Shown here piece after piece: positions 17,611 to 25,315 of a stretch of DNA of 32,000 bases. The notes below the pieces were generated by a model, which saw only the letters and a list, made by a program, of their open reading frames with translations, did not search any database and was not told the origin of the DNA. Position numbers and translations under genes: made by a program. The stretch comes from Halomicronema hongdechloris C2206 (GTDB taxonomy: Bacteria > Cyanobacteriota > Cyanobacteriia > Phormidesmidales > Phormidesmidaceae), in the NCBI RefSeq assembly GCF_002075285.3, contig NZ_CP021983.2, forward strand, positions 3,840,001 to 3,872,000. Direction: 5' to 3'. Numbering within the stretch: the first letter of the stretch is position 1; each line of letters starts with the position of its first letter.

Positions 17611-18944
17611 TATGACTCTCCCGCGTCATAGGTGAGCGGGGGTAAGGCAAACGCTGTTTCACCGGGAGCAATAATTTCCACGTTCAGGACTTCTCCGACT
17701 CGGGCATCTACAGAGCTGTACACCAGCACTTCCTCGAATTCCAGATCAACAGCCTCTAAGAGATCCATTTCCCGACTGATTTTTAACTGTAGCCCCGCTG
17801 GTAACAGGCGATCGCTTTGAGACCCCACAATGACCAGCAATGACCAGTCAATCGCAGCGTCTGAGGCTGTCTCTAATGCTACCGGAGACCGATAGGGCAG
17901 CAAACACAGACACAAATCAAGTTCTTCTAGTTCAACATTCCGATACAGGGGACGAATAACTTCGGGAATAAGCAATCCGTCTTCCCGTAATGTGGCGATT
18001 GCCCCTTCAAACACTTCTGATAATGGCTGCGATTTCATAGCAGAGGCAAATTGCAATTGACTTCCTGTTAAGAAACCGAGACTTTGAGCCACCTCATCCA
18101 GCCCCGACTCTAACCACTGGCCGACATCGATCACGCTTTGTCTGGCGGCAGCCACCGCAGTTTGAAGACCTTGGCTTTGGCGATCACTTTGGGCAGGCTG
18201 CTGCCAGCAATGAAATTCAGCCCGGAGTGCTGGTGATGTCAAAATAGCGGCAGCCTGCTCCCAGGTCAACTGTTGCCAGAGCGGATCGGTCATAGAAACG
18301 TCTGCCAAAACTTGCTGCAACTCAGGCACCGCCATAGTGGCAGAACTTGTGGCTAAATCTCTCTCAGGCAATGAGAGAGTTGCGATGTCAAGCTGCTCAG
18401 CATAAAACACTAAGCGACTGGGCTCCTGTTCAAAGAGAGTCAGGGGTACGCGATATACCCAGTCGTCATCCGCTTCCAGGTTCATCGATTGTCGATAGTC
18501 TTGAAAGCGATCGCAGCGCAGCACACCTCGAAAAATCAATTCCTCATGTTCTTCAATCACTTCTACGACTAGACAGAAGTGAGGGATAAACTCAGGGAGC
18601 TCCACCGCCGCTTGAGGAATCTTGACCACTCCATCGATAATGCTTTCCGTGGCAATCAGGCACGCCCTAAAGGGGCCAATGGCAAGGCCGCAAGTCCCAT
18701 TTAGCAAACCCGCATAGCCAGGTTCAAAAAGCGTACTCTGTTCAATGTCGACCGCTCGTGTTCTCAGACGGTTTTGCAGCGATCGCTGTAGACCCAAAAC
18801 CGCCAACCCTTGCAAGTAGAGATCCCACTGCAAATTCTCGGTTGGGGCTAATTGACTATTCTGGCTAGCCCGCTGAATGTCCTCAAGCTCCAAAAGAATC
18901 GTCTCAGGATTGAGAAGTGTAGTGTCGCTAGTGGTATCAAACAT
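17610..18944 (-). CDS. DUF1822-family protein
   Basis: 444 aa with no TM helix or signal peptide. The N-terminal WDLYLQGLAVLGLQRSL and central KIPQAAVELPEFIPHFCLVVEVIEEHEELIFRGVL match the remembered DUF1822 pattern. Its stop overlaps the downstream ATG by 1 nt. Confidence 0.7.
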   Translation of the reverse strand: MFDTTSDTTLLNPETILLELEDIQRASQNSQLAPTENLQWDLYLQGLAVLGLQRSLQNRLRTRAVDIEQSTLFEPGYAGLLNGTCGLAIGPFRACLIATESIIDGVVKIPQAAVELPEFIPHFCLVVEVIEEHEELIFRGVLRCDRFQDYRQSMNLEADDDWVYRVPLTLFEQEPSRLVFYAEQLDIATLSLPERDLATSSATMAVPELQQVLADVSMTDPLWQQLTWEQAAAILTSPALRAEFHCWQQPAQSDRQSQGLQTAVAAARQSVIDVGQWLESGLDEVAQSLGFLTGSQLQFASAMKSQPLSEVFEGAIATLREDGLLIPEVIRPLYRNVELEELDLCLCLLPYRSPVALETASDAAIDWSLLVIVGSQSDRLLPAGLQLKISREMDLLEAVDLEFEEVLVYSSVDARVGEVLNVEIIAPGETAFALPPLTYDAGES

Positions 18945-18968
18945 GGTGATTACTTTCCTTAAATATAT

Positions 18969-20462
18969 TTATGACTCTTGTAAGAAGCGGCGTAGTTCAA
19001 CTGCATAGAGGCTGTCAAACGAACGATCCTTATTGGGCTTTTGCAGTTCCTGGAGCGCCTCGTCAAAAACCTCTGCATCAACCAGCAGCTCCAACTGCTC
19101 CATCAGGTTGCTCAAATAGTTTGGTTGGGGGGGAATGGCCGTCAATCCCATTTCATTGGCACGAACCAAAATAATATCCAGCAACTTTTCGAGCGTGCGA
19201 AAACGGACCTGGTGAATCAGTTCCTTGAGGGCCAGCACCCGAGCTACCAAAGGCTGGTTAGGAAAACTAAGGCGTTCTTGGATCGCTCGTTGTGAGAGCC
19301 CCTCTTGATAAATCAGCCTCAGTCCAGGGATGAGCTTGGAGGCATGCGCTTTACGGCGGCTCTTGCGGATTTCAGTGAGGCGATCGTCGATGCCCTGCTG
19401 AATTCCATACTGCAGGGCGTAAAGCTGTTGTTCGCGAATGAACTGCAAAATGTCCTCGTATTCCAGCTTTTCAGGTTCATTGACGACTGTCGAAGCAATG
19501 TCTCTCCGCTCTGTCGGTAGCCCCGTTTCTGGATCAGGCAGTTCAATCGGCTCAGCATTAGGGCGGCCCTGCCGTATCCACGCATCAATTTCTTGCAGTT
19601 CTTGCGCTACTTGCCGAAGTTCTTCCAATAAAATTTTTGGAGACTGAATTGTGATGTCGAGTTCTCGCAATTGATCCAACATCTCTCCTAACTGAAAATT
19701 TGTCGGGTCTGGACACTTTTTGGCTCTTAAACTTTTGCCATCCCGCTCCCGTTGCTTGAGGCGATCGCGACGATACACAGCCTGAAAGACTTCGACTAAA
19801 TGGCGCGATCGTTGAGATAACCATTTGAGTTGAGCAGACCGCGCTCGATTCATCAGCGCCCAATTGCTTAGTCGCTGAAAGCCCACTTCACTAAGAACGG
19901 TCTTAAGCCGCTCGTGATAGCGCGTCACATAATAGGCCCAGTTCGATAGGCTTTTGCGACCAGGGCTTTGGTAGTTGTAACCACTCAGGACATCAGCACC
20001 AAAGAAGCGGTAAGGCTCTGACTGTGATTTGTCAGAACGGTTTAGTAAACAGTATTCCTCGTTGTCGAATAGCCAAAGGGTCAAGCCATCATCATCTAAG
20101 ACGGCGGATAAAAGCTTTTGGAAGGTGTCTTGTCTGTTGGCTGTTCCGGCAAAGGCGCTGGCCTGATCCTTGCAGGCTTGTAGAATTGAGGGCGAGATGT
20201 AGCACCGTAGGCATAGTCCAGCTCCGGCTCGACGCTCCCTGGACTGAGAGTCGTCGGCAAACAGACTAAACAACTGCACCTGAATGGATACATCCTCATC
20301 TCCACCATTGAGCAAGATCTCGTTTTGACCTGCTAAGAAGTCATCCCACACAGTTTTGGCACGGGGAGACGGCCAAGACTCATACCCCCGCCTGACGGTT
20401 CCAGGCAAGCTACCTGGAGACGGCAGACGATAAATCTTTTGATAGCGGAGTAAATCACCCAT
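18969..20462 (-). CDS. Large divergent sigma-70-like / HTH regulator (region-4-like C-terminal module)
   Basis: LIPGLRLIYQEGLSQRAIQERLSFPNQPLVARVLALKELIHQVR resembles sigma region 4 (LxYxEGLSxxEIAxxLGxSxxTVxxRxxRA). SLSNWAYYVTRYHERL is weakly region-2-like. A GAGG lies 7 nt before the ATG. It is the first gene of the minus-strand operon. Confidence 0.5.
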   Translation of the reverse strand: MGDLLRYQKIYRLPSPGSLPGTVRRGYESWPSPRAKTVWDDFLAGQNEILLNGGDEDVSIQVQLFSLFADDSQSRERRAGAGLCLRCYISPSILQACKDQASAFAGTANRQDTFQKLLSAVLDDDGLTLWLFDNEEYCLLNRSDKSQSEPYRFFGADVLSGYNYQSPGRKSLSNWAYYVTRYHERLKTVLSEVGFQRLSNWALMNRARSAQLKWLSQRSRHLVEVFQAVYRRDRLKQRERDGKSLRAKKCPDPTNFQLGEMLDQLRELDITIQSPKILLEELRQVAQELQEIDAWIRQGRPNAEPIELPDPETGLPTERRDIASTVVNEPEKLEYEDILQFIREQQLYALQYGIQQGIDDRLTEIRKSRRKAHASKLIPGLRLIYQEGLSQRAIQERLSFPNQPLVARVLALKELIHQVRFRTLEKLLDIILVRANEMGLTAIPPQPNYLSNLMEQLELLVDAEVFDEALQELQKPNKDRSFDSLYAVELRRFLQES

Positions 20463-20730
20463 AGTTGAGCCTCATACTCATTTCAACTGCGTTGCGCGAT
20501 CGCTTCGTGAGTCATTCAGTGCAACCACGATGAACTGATTCAGTTACAACCCTACTGCTCAAAAAACAGATCACAAAGTCTTCGTTACCAAGCTTTAGAT
20601 GAGCAATTGAAGCGGCCAATATATGAATAATTCGATGACTTTTGCATAACTGAATCGCTGCCTAACCTCCAACCTGATGAATGGTCAGAGCCACTCAGAA
20701 CGGCTGTCTAAATTCACAGAGGTATTTGTT

Positions 20731-22863
20731 ATGGGCTTCAAACGTTCTGGAATCCATGAAATCGATTCTTTATTAAAAGGAAAATACTGGAATGACACGG
20801 GTAAGCCCGTTACCCTCACCTACAGCTATGACGTGACCGGAAAAGACGGTCTAAACAGAGAGCAGAGAGACATGATCTTTGAAGCTCTAAACCAATGGCG
20901 AAAAGTAGCCAATATCAACTTCAACTGGGTGCCAAAGGGGGGGGATCTTCGATTTAAGGCAGAGGATATTCCGGGAGGAAATGTTGACTACAAGGAAGCT
21001 GTTGACTGGTGGAATCCCTTTAGCTACGGTACCAACAAGCTTAAGCACGTCAATATCAAGCTTGGGAAAAATTTAATCACGGGAAAAGGTAACGATTTCT
21101 TAGAAGTTGCTCTGCATGAAATCGGTCATGCTATTGGATTGAAGCATCCAGGCCGATATGACGGTGATAAAAGTAAGGGTGAAGGCCCATTTTTGGCTTA
21201 TTCCCAAGACCACAATACCAATACTGTCATGTCTTACAACCACGCAGGCTCTCTTGCAGTTACCCCTATGCCCTACGACATCAGGGCAGTGCAGTACCTA
21301 TATGGTGCTAGAAGTTTCAACCCATTTAATACCCGCTATAAATTCAGCACTATCCATAGTTATAAAAGCGAAGATTCCAGAGTGGAATTTCGGGGTCGCG
21401 ATGACAAGGTCATGAAACTGACTATCTGGGATAGTGGTGGAGAAGATACTCTCGATTTTTCAAAGCTTGCTTTTGCTCCCGATGGATATCATCTTGATAT
21501 TCGTGAAGGAGGAATTCTTGCCACCAAGTTCAACCTAGAAAAGGACGCATTTGGTCAGTATTACGCCAGAGACAATACTAAGGATACGAAATACAGCGAC
21601 CATCAGTATCGGGCCGCAAGTATTGGCACGGCGATTGCCTACGGTACTCATATCGAGAACGCCATTGGTACTTCGAGCTTCGACGAAATCATTGGAAATG
21701 GACGTTCAAATCGTATAGAGGGTAAAGGCGGTAACGACATCATCAAAGGCGGTGGTGGTAGCGATACTGTATACGGTGACTCAGGCAATGATCGCATCTA
21801 CGCTGACGGTGGTCATGACAAAGCCTATGGAGGTTCAGGAGATGACTTTATTGCCGGATGGTACGGCAATGACTATCTCAGCGGTGGTTCTGGCAGCGAT
21901 CGCATCTATGGCGACGACGGTCATGATACAGTCTACGGCGGTTCAGGTAACGATGTAATTTGGGGTGAATCTGATAATCCTAATCTCAACCGCAAGTTTG
22001 GTGCTGGTAACGATAAGCTCTACGGTGGTACCGGCCATGATGAAATCCATGGTGGCAAAGGCAATGATTTAATTAACGGCGACTCTGGTAATGACAAACT
22101 CTACGGCAATTACGGCGACGACCGAATCTATGCCGGTCGTGGCGATGACAAAGTTTATGGTAGTTCAGGGGATGACTTTATCGCAGGCTGGTACGGCGAC
22201 GATTATCTCAGCGGTGGATTTGGCGATGACCGCATTTATGCCGATGATGGTGACGATGTTGTCCGCGGTGGGTTTGGCGACGACATTATTTGGGGAGAGT
22301 CAGATAACTACAAGCTTAATCAGAAGTTTGTGGGGGGTAATGATGATTTGAGTGGCGAGTATGGTCACGACAAAATCTATGGTGGTAAAGGAAACGATAG
22401 TGTCAAGGGTGGTGCTGGCAATGACAGGCTATACGGCCAGCAAGATCATGACACCATTGATGGTGGTAGAGGCGAGGATTACCTGAGTGGCGGTTCTGGC
22501 AACGATATTCTGGTGGGCGGAGATGATGATGATGTGCTGAGAGGGGGAACTGGTGCTGATATGTTTCGCTTCTCCTCCCTTCGACACGGAGTTGACCAAA
22601 TTCGAGACTTTACTCAGGCACAAGGTGACAAGCTACAGATTGTTACTAGTGGTTTTGGCGGTGGCTTAGTTTTAGGACTCTTAGATGCTAGTCAATTTGT
22701 TTTGGGTTCAGTTGCGACTAATGCGAGCGATCGCTTTGTTTACAACCAAAATACAGGTTCTCTCGCCTTTGATGTTGACGGTTCTGGCAGTCAAGCTGCT
22801 GTTCAATTTGCCAATCTAGCTATAGGGCTAAATTTAAGCGCCGGCGATTTCGTCCTTGTGTAA
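20731..22863 (+). CDS. Serralysin-like (M10B metzincin) zinc metalloprotease with RTX calcium-binding nonapeptide repeats
   Basis: HEIGHAIGLKHP (HExxHxxGxxH) with Met-turn TVMSY. Dozens of GGxGxD/GxDxL repeats. C-terminal tail ...GDFVLV (acidic residue plus hydrophobics), as in type I secretion substrates. The ATG at 20731 (GAGG upstream) is preferred over 20677. Confidence 0.88.
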   Translation: MGFKRSGIHEIDSLLKGKYWNDTGKPVTLTYSYDVTGKDGLNREQRDMIFEALNQWRKVANINFNWVPKGGDLRFKAEDIPGGNVDYKEAVDWWNPFSYGTNKLKHVNIKLGKNLITGKGNDFLEVALHEIGHAIGLKHPGRYDGDKSKGEGPFLAYSQDHNTNTVMSYNHAGSLAVTPMPYDIRAVQYLYGARSFNPFNTRYKFSTIHSYKSEDSRVEFRGRDDKVMKLTIWDSGGEDTLDFSKLAFAPDGYHLDIREGGILATKFNLEKDAFGQYYARDNTKDTKYSDHQYRAASIGTAIAYGTHIENAIGTSSFDEIIGNGRSNRIEGKGGNDIIKGGGGSDTVYGDSGNDRIYADGGHDKAYGGSGDDFIAGWYGNDYLSGGSGSDRIYGDDGHDTVYGGSGNDVIWGESDNPNLNRKFGAGNDKLYGGTGHDEIHGGKGNDLINGDSGNDKLYGNYGDDRIYAGRGDDKVYGSSGDDFIAGWYGDDYLSGGFGDDRIYADDGDDVVRGGFGDDIIWGESDNYKLNQKFVGGNDDLSGEYGHDKIYGGKGNDSVKGGAGNDRLYGQQDHDTIDGGRGEDYLSGGSGNDILVGGDDDDVLRGGTGADMFRFSSLRHGVDQIRDFTQAQGDKLQIVTSGFGGGLVLGLLDASQFVLGSVATNASDRFVYNQNTGSLAFDVDGSGSQAAVQFANLAIGLNLSAGDFVLV

Positions 22864-22892
22864 ATTTTGTAAACAAACAGGGATTCGTTTAG

Positions 22893-22916
22893 AGGGGCTA
22901 TTTAGCCCCTATTCTT
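22893..22916 (+). terminator. Rho-independent terminator candidate after the RTX protease gene
   Basis: A perfect 7-bp stem AGGGGCT / AGCCCCT (22893-22899 and 22904-22910) with a 4-nt loop, followed by ATTCTT. Confidence 0.6.
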
Positions 22917-23031
22917 GTGCAACTGAATCAGTCTTCCAGTTTCTCAATAATTAATATATAGAGCCTTACAAAATTGAGTAAATTAGCATTCCTGCGTCAT
23001 TGGTTCTAATCAGAATATCTGGAGACTTTTC

Positions 23032-23481
23032 ATGAAAAACTTGATTGCATCGAGTCTACTGGCCTCAACCCTTGTACTGTCCTTTTTAGGAATGGAGAGT
23101 AAAGCTCAAAATCAAGCTTCTGATCAAACGCGGTTGCCATACCCAACAGCTGTCATAGAGTGCAGCAGGCGACCTGTTTTGTTTGGACACCGCGATATTA
23201 GAGGACGTGCAGTACCCATTAGTAGATCGGATCGCAACCTGGGAGGTAATTCTAGCGGTAGAGGAGGAGATGTCACTGGCTTTAATAATTCCGCTGGCTC
23301 TATATGTGTGCCCAACGGATGGTACGTGCAAATCTATAAAAACCAGAACTACGGACCTCCCGCGATGAATGTCCCTCCTGGAACAGCTTTATCGTTTACA
23401 GCTGGCGGATGGAATAACGAAGTATCGTCTGTGCGGGTTTTCCGACTTAGTAGCTTTGGAAACTGGATTGAACAAGACTAA
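23032..23481 (+). CDS. Small secreted protein with a beta-gamma-crystallin-like double Greek-key domain
   Basis: Signal peptide present; a GGAG lies 8 nt before the ATG. Two motif pairs: LFGHRDIRG...FNNSAGSICV and WYVQIYKNQNYG...WNNEVSSVRV. These fit [YF]xxxx[YFI]xG ... N-N-x-x-S/T-S. Confidence 0.55.
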   Translation: MKNLIASSLLASTLVLSFLGMESKAQNQASDQTRLPYPTAVIECSRRPVLFGHRDIRGRAVPISRSDRNLGGNSSGRGGDVTGFNNSAGSICVPNGWYVQIYKNQNYGPPAMNVPPGTALSFTAGGWNNEVSSVRVFRLSSFGNWIEQD

Positions 23482-23688
23482 TCGGATCCGTTAAATTACA
23501 AATTTCAAAGCACATTAGTGAGCGATTGCTTTTCATTAAGGGCGATCGCTCTTCGGCTTGATTGATTGTAATTACGTTAGACTCATCGCTATCCCTTGGT
23601 GGCATCTTTCTTAACAAACCAGAGCCGATGGAAGCCTTACGTACCAATAGTTTGAGAGCTTGCCCAGAATTTGAGGTCAGCCAAATCG

Positions 23689-24457
23689 GGCTCTTCCCAG
23701 CTTTTGGTAATGCTGATAAAACCATTGCTGTACTTCATTGGAGCTTCCTGTCATGTAGCCATAATGAATCGCTTGGCAAGTAGCTCTAAGCCAGCCCTGC
23801 CGTACATCTGTCGCTTCAGCATCTTCAGCTTGTTGTTCAGGCCTTCAACGTGGCCGTTGCTAACCTCTGTCATCAGGCTTGCTTAGCCGCAGCATAGTCA
23901 TCAAATATCCCTTTGGCAAACGTTTGCAACGGTTTGAGAGCGCAGCTGGCGGCCTTGCGTAGCCAGTCATCGAGGACGCCTGCTTGTCGGTGTCTTAACA
24001 GTTGTAAGAACTCATCAGCCAACTCAACCAGCACCGTCAAGTTTGGATGCTGTTGCCTCACCCGCTCTAGGAGATCAGTCTCTTCTGCCTGCCGATTGTC
24101 TGGATTTAGATTGTCTGGATTTAGCATGACCAAGTGGGCGGCTTGACGCGGGGTGAAGGGGGGCGACTGTGGGTCAACGACCTTGGGCAACGTCTGAGCG
24201 ACTTTGATCCTCACTGGCGGTAGCCCCTGTGCTTTGCGCAGGCCGTAAATGTAGCGTTGTAGGGTCCGAAGAGAGCTTTCAAAACCCAAGGGTTTGAGCA
24301 ATTCCATCAGAATGCTCAGTTCTCGAATCCCCGAGTTCCACCAGTCCAAAAGTCGTAGATTGTAGGGATCGAGTAGGCTGCGCCCAAACATAGCACGGCG
24401 CGCGGGTACCTCTGGAAAGTCTGGGTAGCGTTCAACGGTTTTGAGACTAACGCCTAC
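23689..24457 (-). mobile_element. ISL3-family IS remnant: only the C-terminal third of the transposase, frameshifted, plus a probable terminal inverted repeat
   Basis: The 207-aa ORF carries LLDPYNLRLLDWWNSGIRELSILMELLKPLGF... and ...LKPLQTFAKGIFDDYAAAKQA. After a frame change at about 23873 it continues as TEVSNGHVEGLNNKLKMLKRQMYGRAGLELLAKRFIMAT* (stop at 23751-23753). This is the ISL3 signature SNGxVEGxNNxLKxxKRxxYGRA. GGCTCTTCCCAG at 23689 matches the ISL3 IR start GGCTCTT. No DDE core is present. The 24457 boundary is approximate. Confidence 0.7.
24094..24123. repeat. Perfect 15-bp x2 in-frame tandem duplication GATTGTCTGGATTTA (encodes NPDNL-NPDN) inside the ISL3 remnant
   Basis: Read directly. 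Confidence 0.95.
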
Positions 24458-24902
24458 TAATGGTAGTCGGCGACACTCCGCTGGCCTCAGGGCCAAGCAG
24501 CGCCGCTAGCGCTTCGCTAGAGTCTCTGGTCGAGACCCTTTTGAGATATAATTAGGGCAACGCCTCCTCTATGCTCGTGGCTCGTTTCAAATACGGCGGC
24601 AACAACCGAGAGTTGAACTTAATGCCGCTACCGCTGCGGTCTCGCACTTTCGGCACTTTGACCTCCACCTCACCCACACCCGTTATAATCGTGCACTCGG
24701 GTGAATAGCTGTTGCGCACGACTGCCTAGCGACCCCGCTCATCTCGCCGGTCGGCGTACTCGGCTAAGAACTCCTGCAACTCCGCCTCCACCGCTTGAGC
24801 GATGATCTGACGAGCACCGTTACGGATCAAGTCGCTCAGAGCGTCATGAAAGGTTTCCGTTGTCTCAACCGATTGAAATGCAATAAGATTGTCGCTACTC
24901 AT
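24447..24902 (-). pseudogene. IS256-family transposase, N-terminal fragment with in-frame stops
   Basis: The minus-strand translation from the ATG at 24902 reads MSSDNLIAFQSV...LIRNGARQIIAQAVEAELQEFLAEYADRRDERGR*AVVRNSYSPECTIITGVGEVEVKVPKVRDRSGSGIKFNSRLLPPYLKRATSIEEALP*LYLKRVSTRDSSEALAALLGPEASGVSPTTIS. This is the IS256/mutator-type N-terminus. Stops fall at 24726-24728 and 24552-24554. Confidence 0.75.
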
Positions 24903-25024
24903 GGTGTATCCTCGTCTGCTTTTTGCTTAATTCAGCAGGATACGCCCTTTCCTAATTTCTCTCCATACACCAGAAATGAGCATAACTCGGCAATACTTAC
25001 TCTTGAGAGGATTTGTGATCTACT

Positions 25025-25195
25025 GAATTTGTTTTGGGTTCAGTTGCGACTAATGCCAGCGATCGTTTCATGTATAACCAAAACACAGGTTCTCTAGCCT
25101 TCGATATCGACGGTTCGGGTAGTCAAGCTGCGGTGCAGTTTGCCAAGCTCTCTGGAGGGCTGAACTTAGCAAGCAGTGACTTCACAATTGTGTAA
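25025..25195 (+). pseudogene. Orphan C-terminal remnant (56 codons + stop) of a second RTX-metalloprotease paralog
   Basis: It translates to EFVLGSVATNASDRFMYNQNTGSLAFDIDGSGSQAAVQFAKLSGGLNLASSDFTIV*. It aligns codon for codon with 22693-22863 (the C-terminus of the intact RTX protease). My hand count gives about 36 mismatches in 171 nt, many at third positions. Confidence 0.8.
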
Positions 25196-25315
25196 TGGAT
25201 AGCCAGACCCTTAGTGGTGCAGAGAAGTGCTGAAAGTGCTGCTGTATAAGGAGCCTCAAATAGAACAAGAGGGTGTTTCATGAGAAGCTGAAGTTCCCCA
25301 ACTATCGCTAACCTC

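Noticed and set aside
21158-22351. Alternative-frame ORFs (85, 68 and 86 aa) within the RTX protease gene
   Set aside because: They are generated by the periodic GGxGxD codon repeats and translate to Met/Thr/Val-rich nonsense.
23520-23551. Imperfect hairpin GAGCGATTGC ... GCGATCGCTC after the crystallin-like gene as a possible terminator
   Set aside because: It has one mismatch, a 12-nt loop and no clear T-tract. One arm is simply a HIP1 site.
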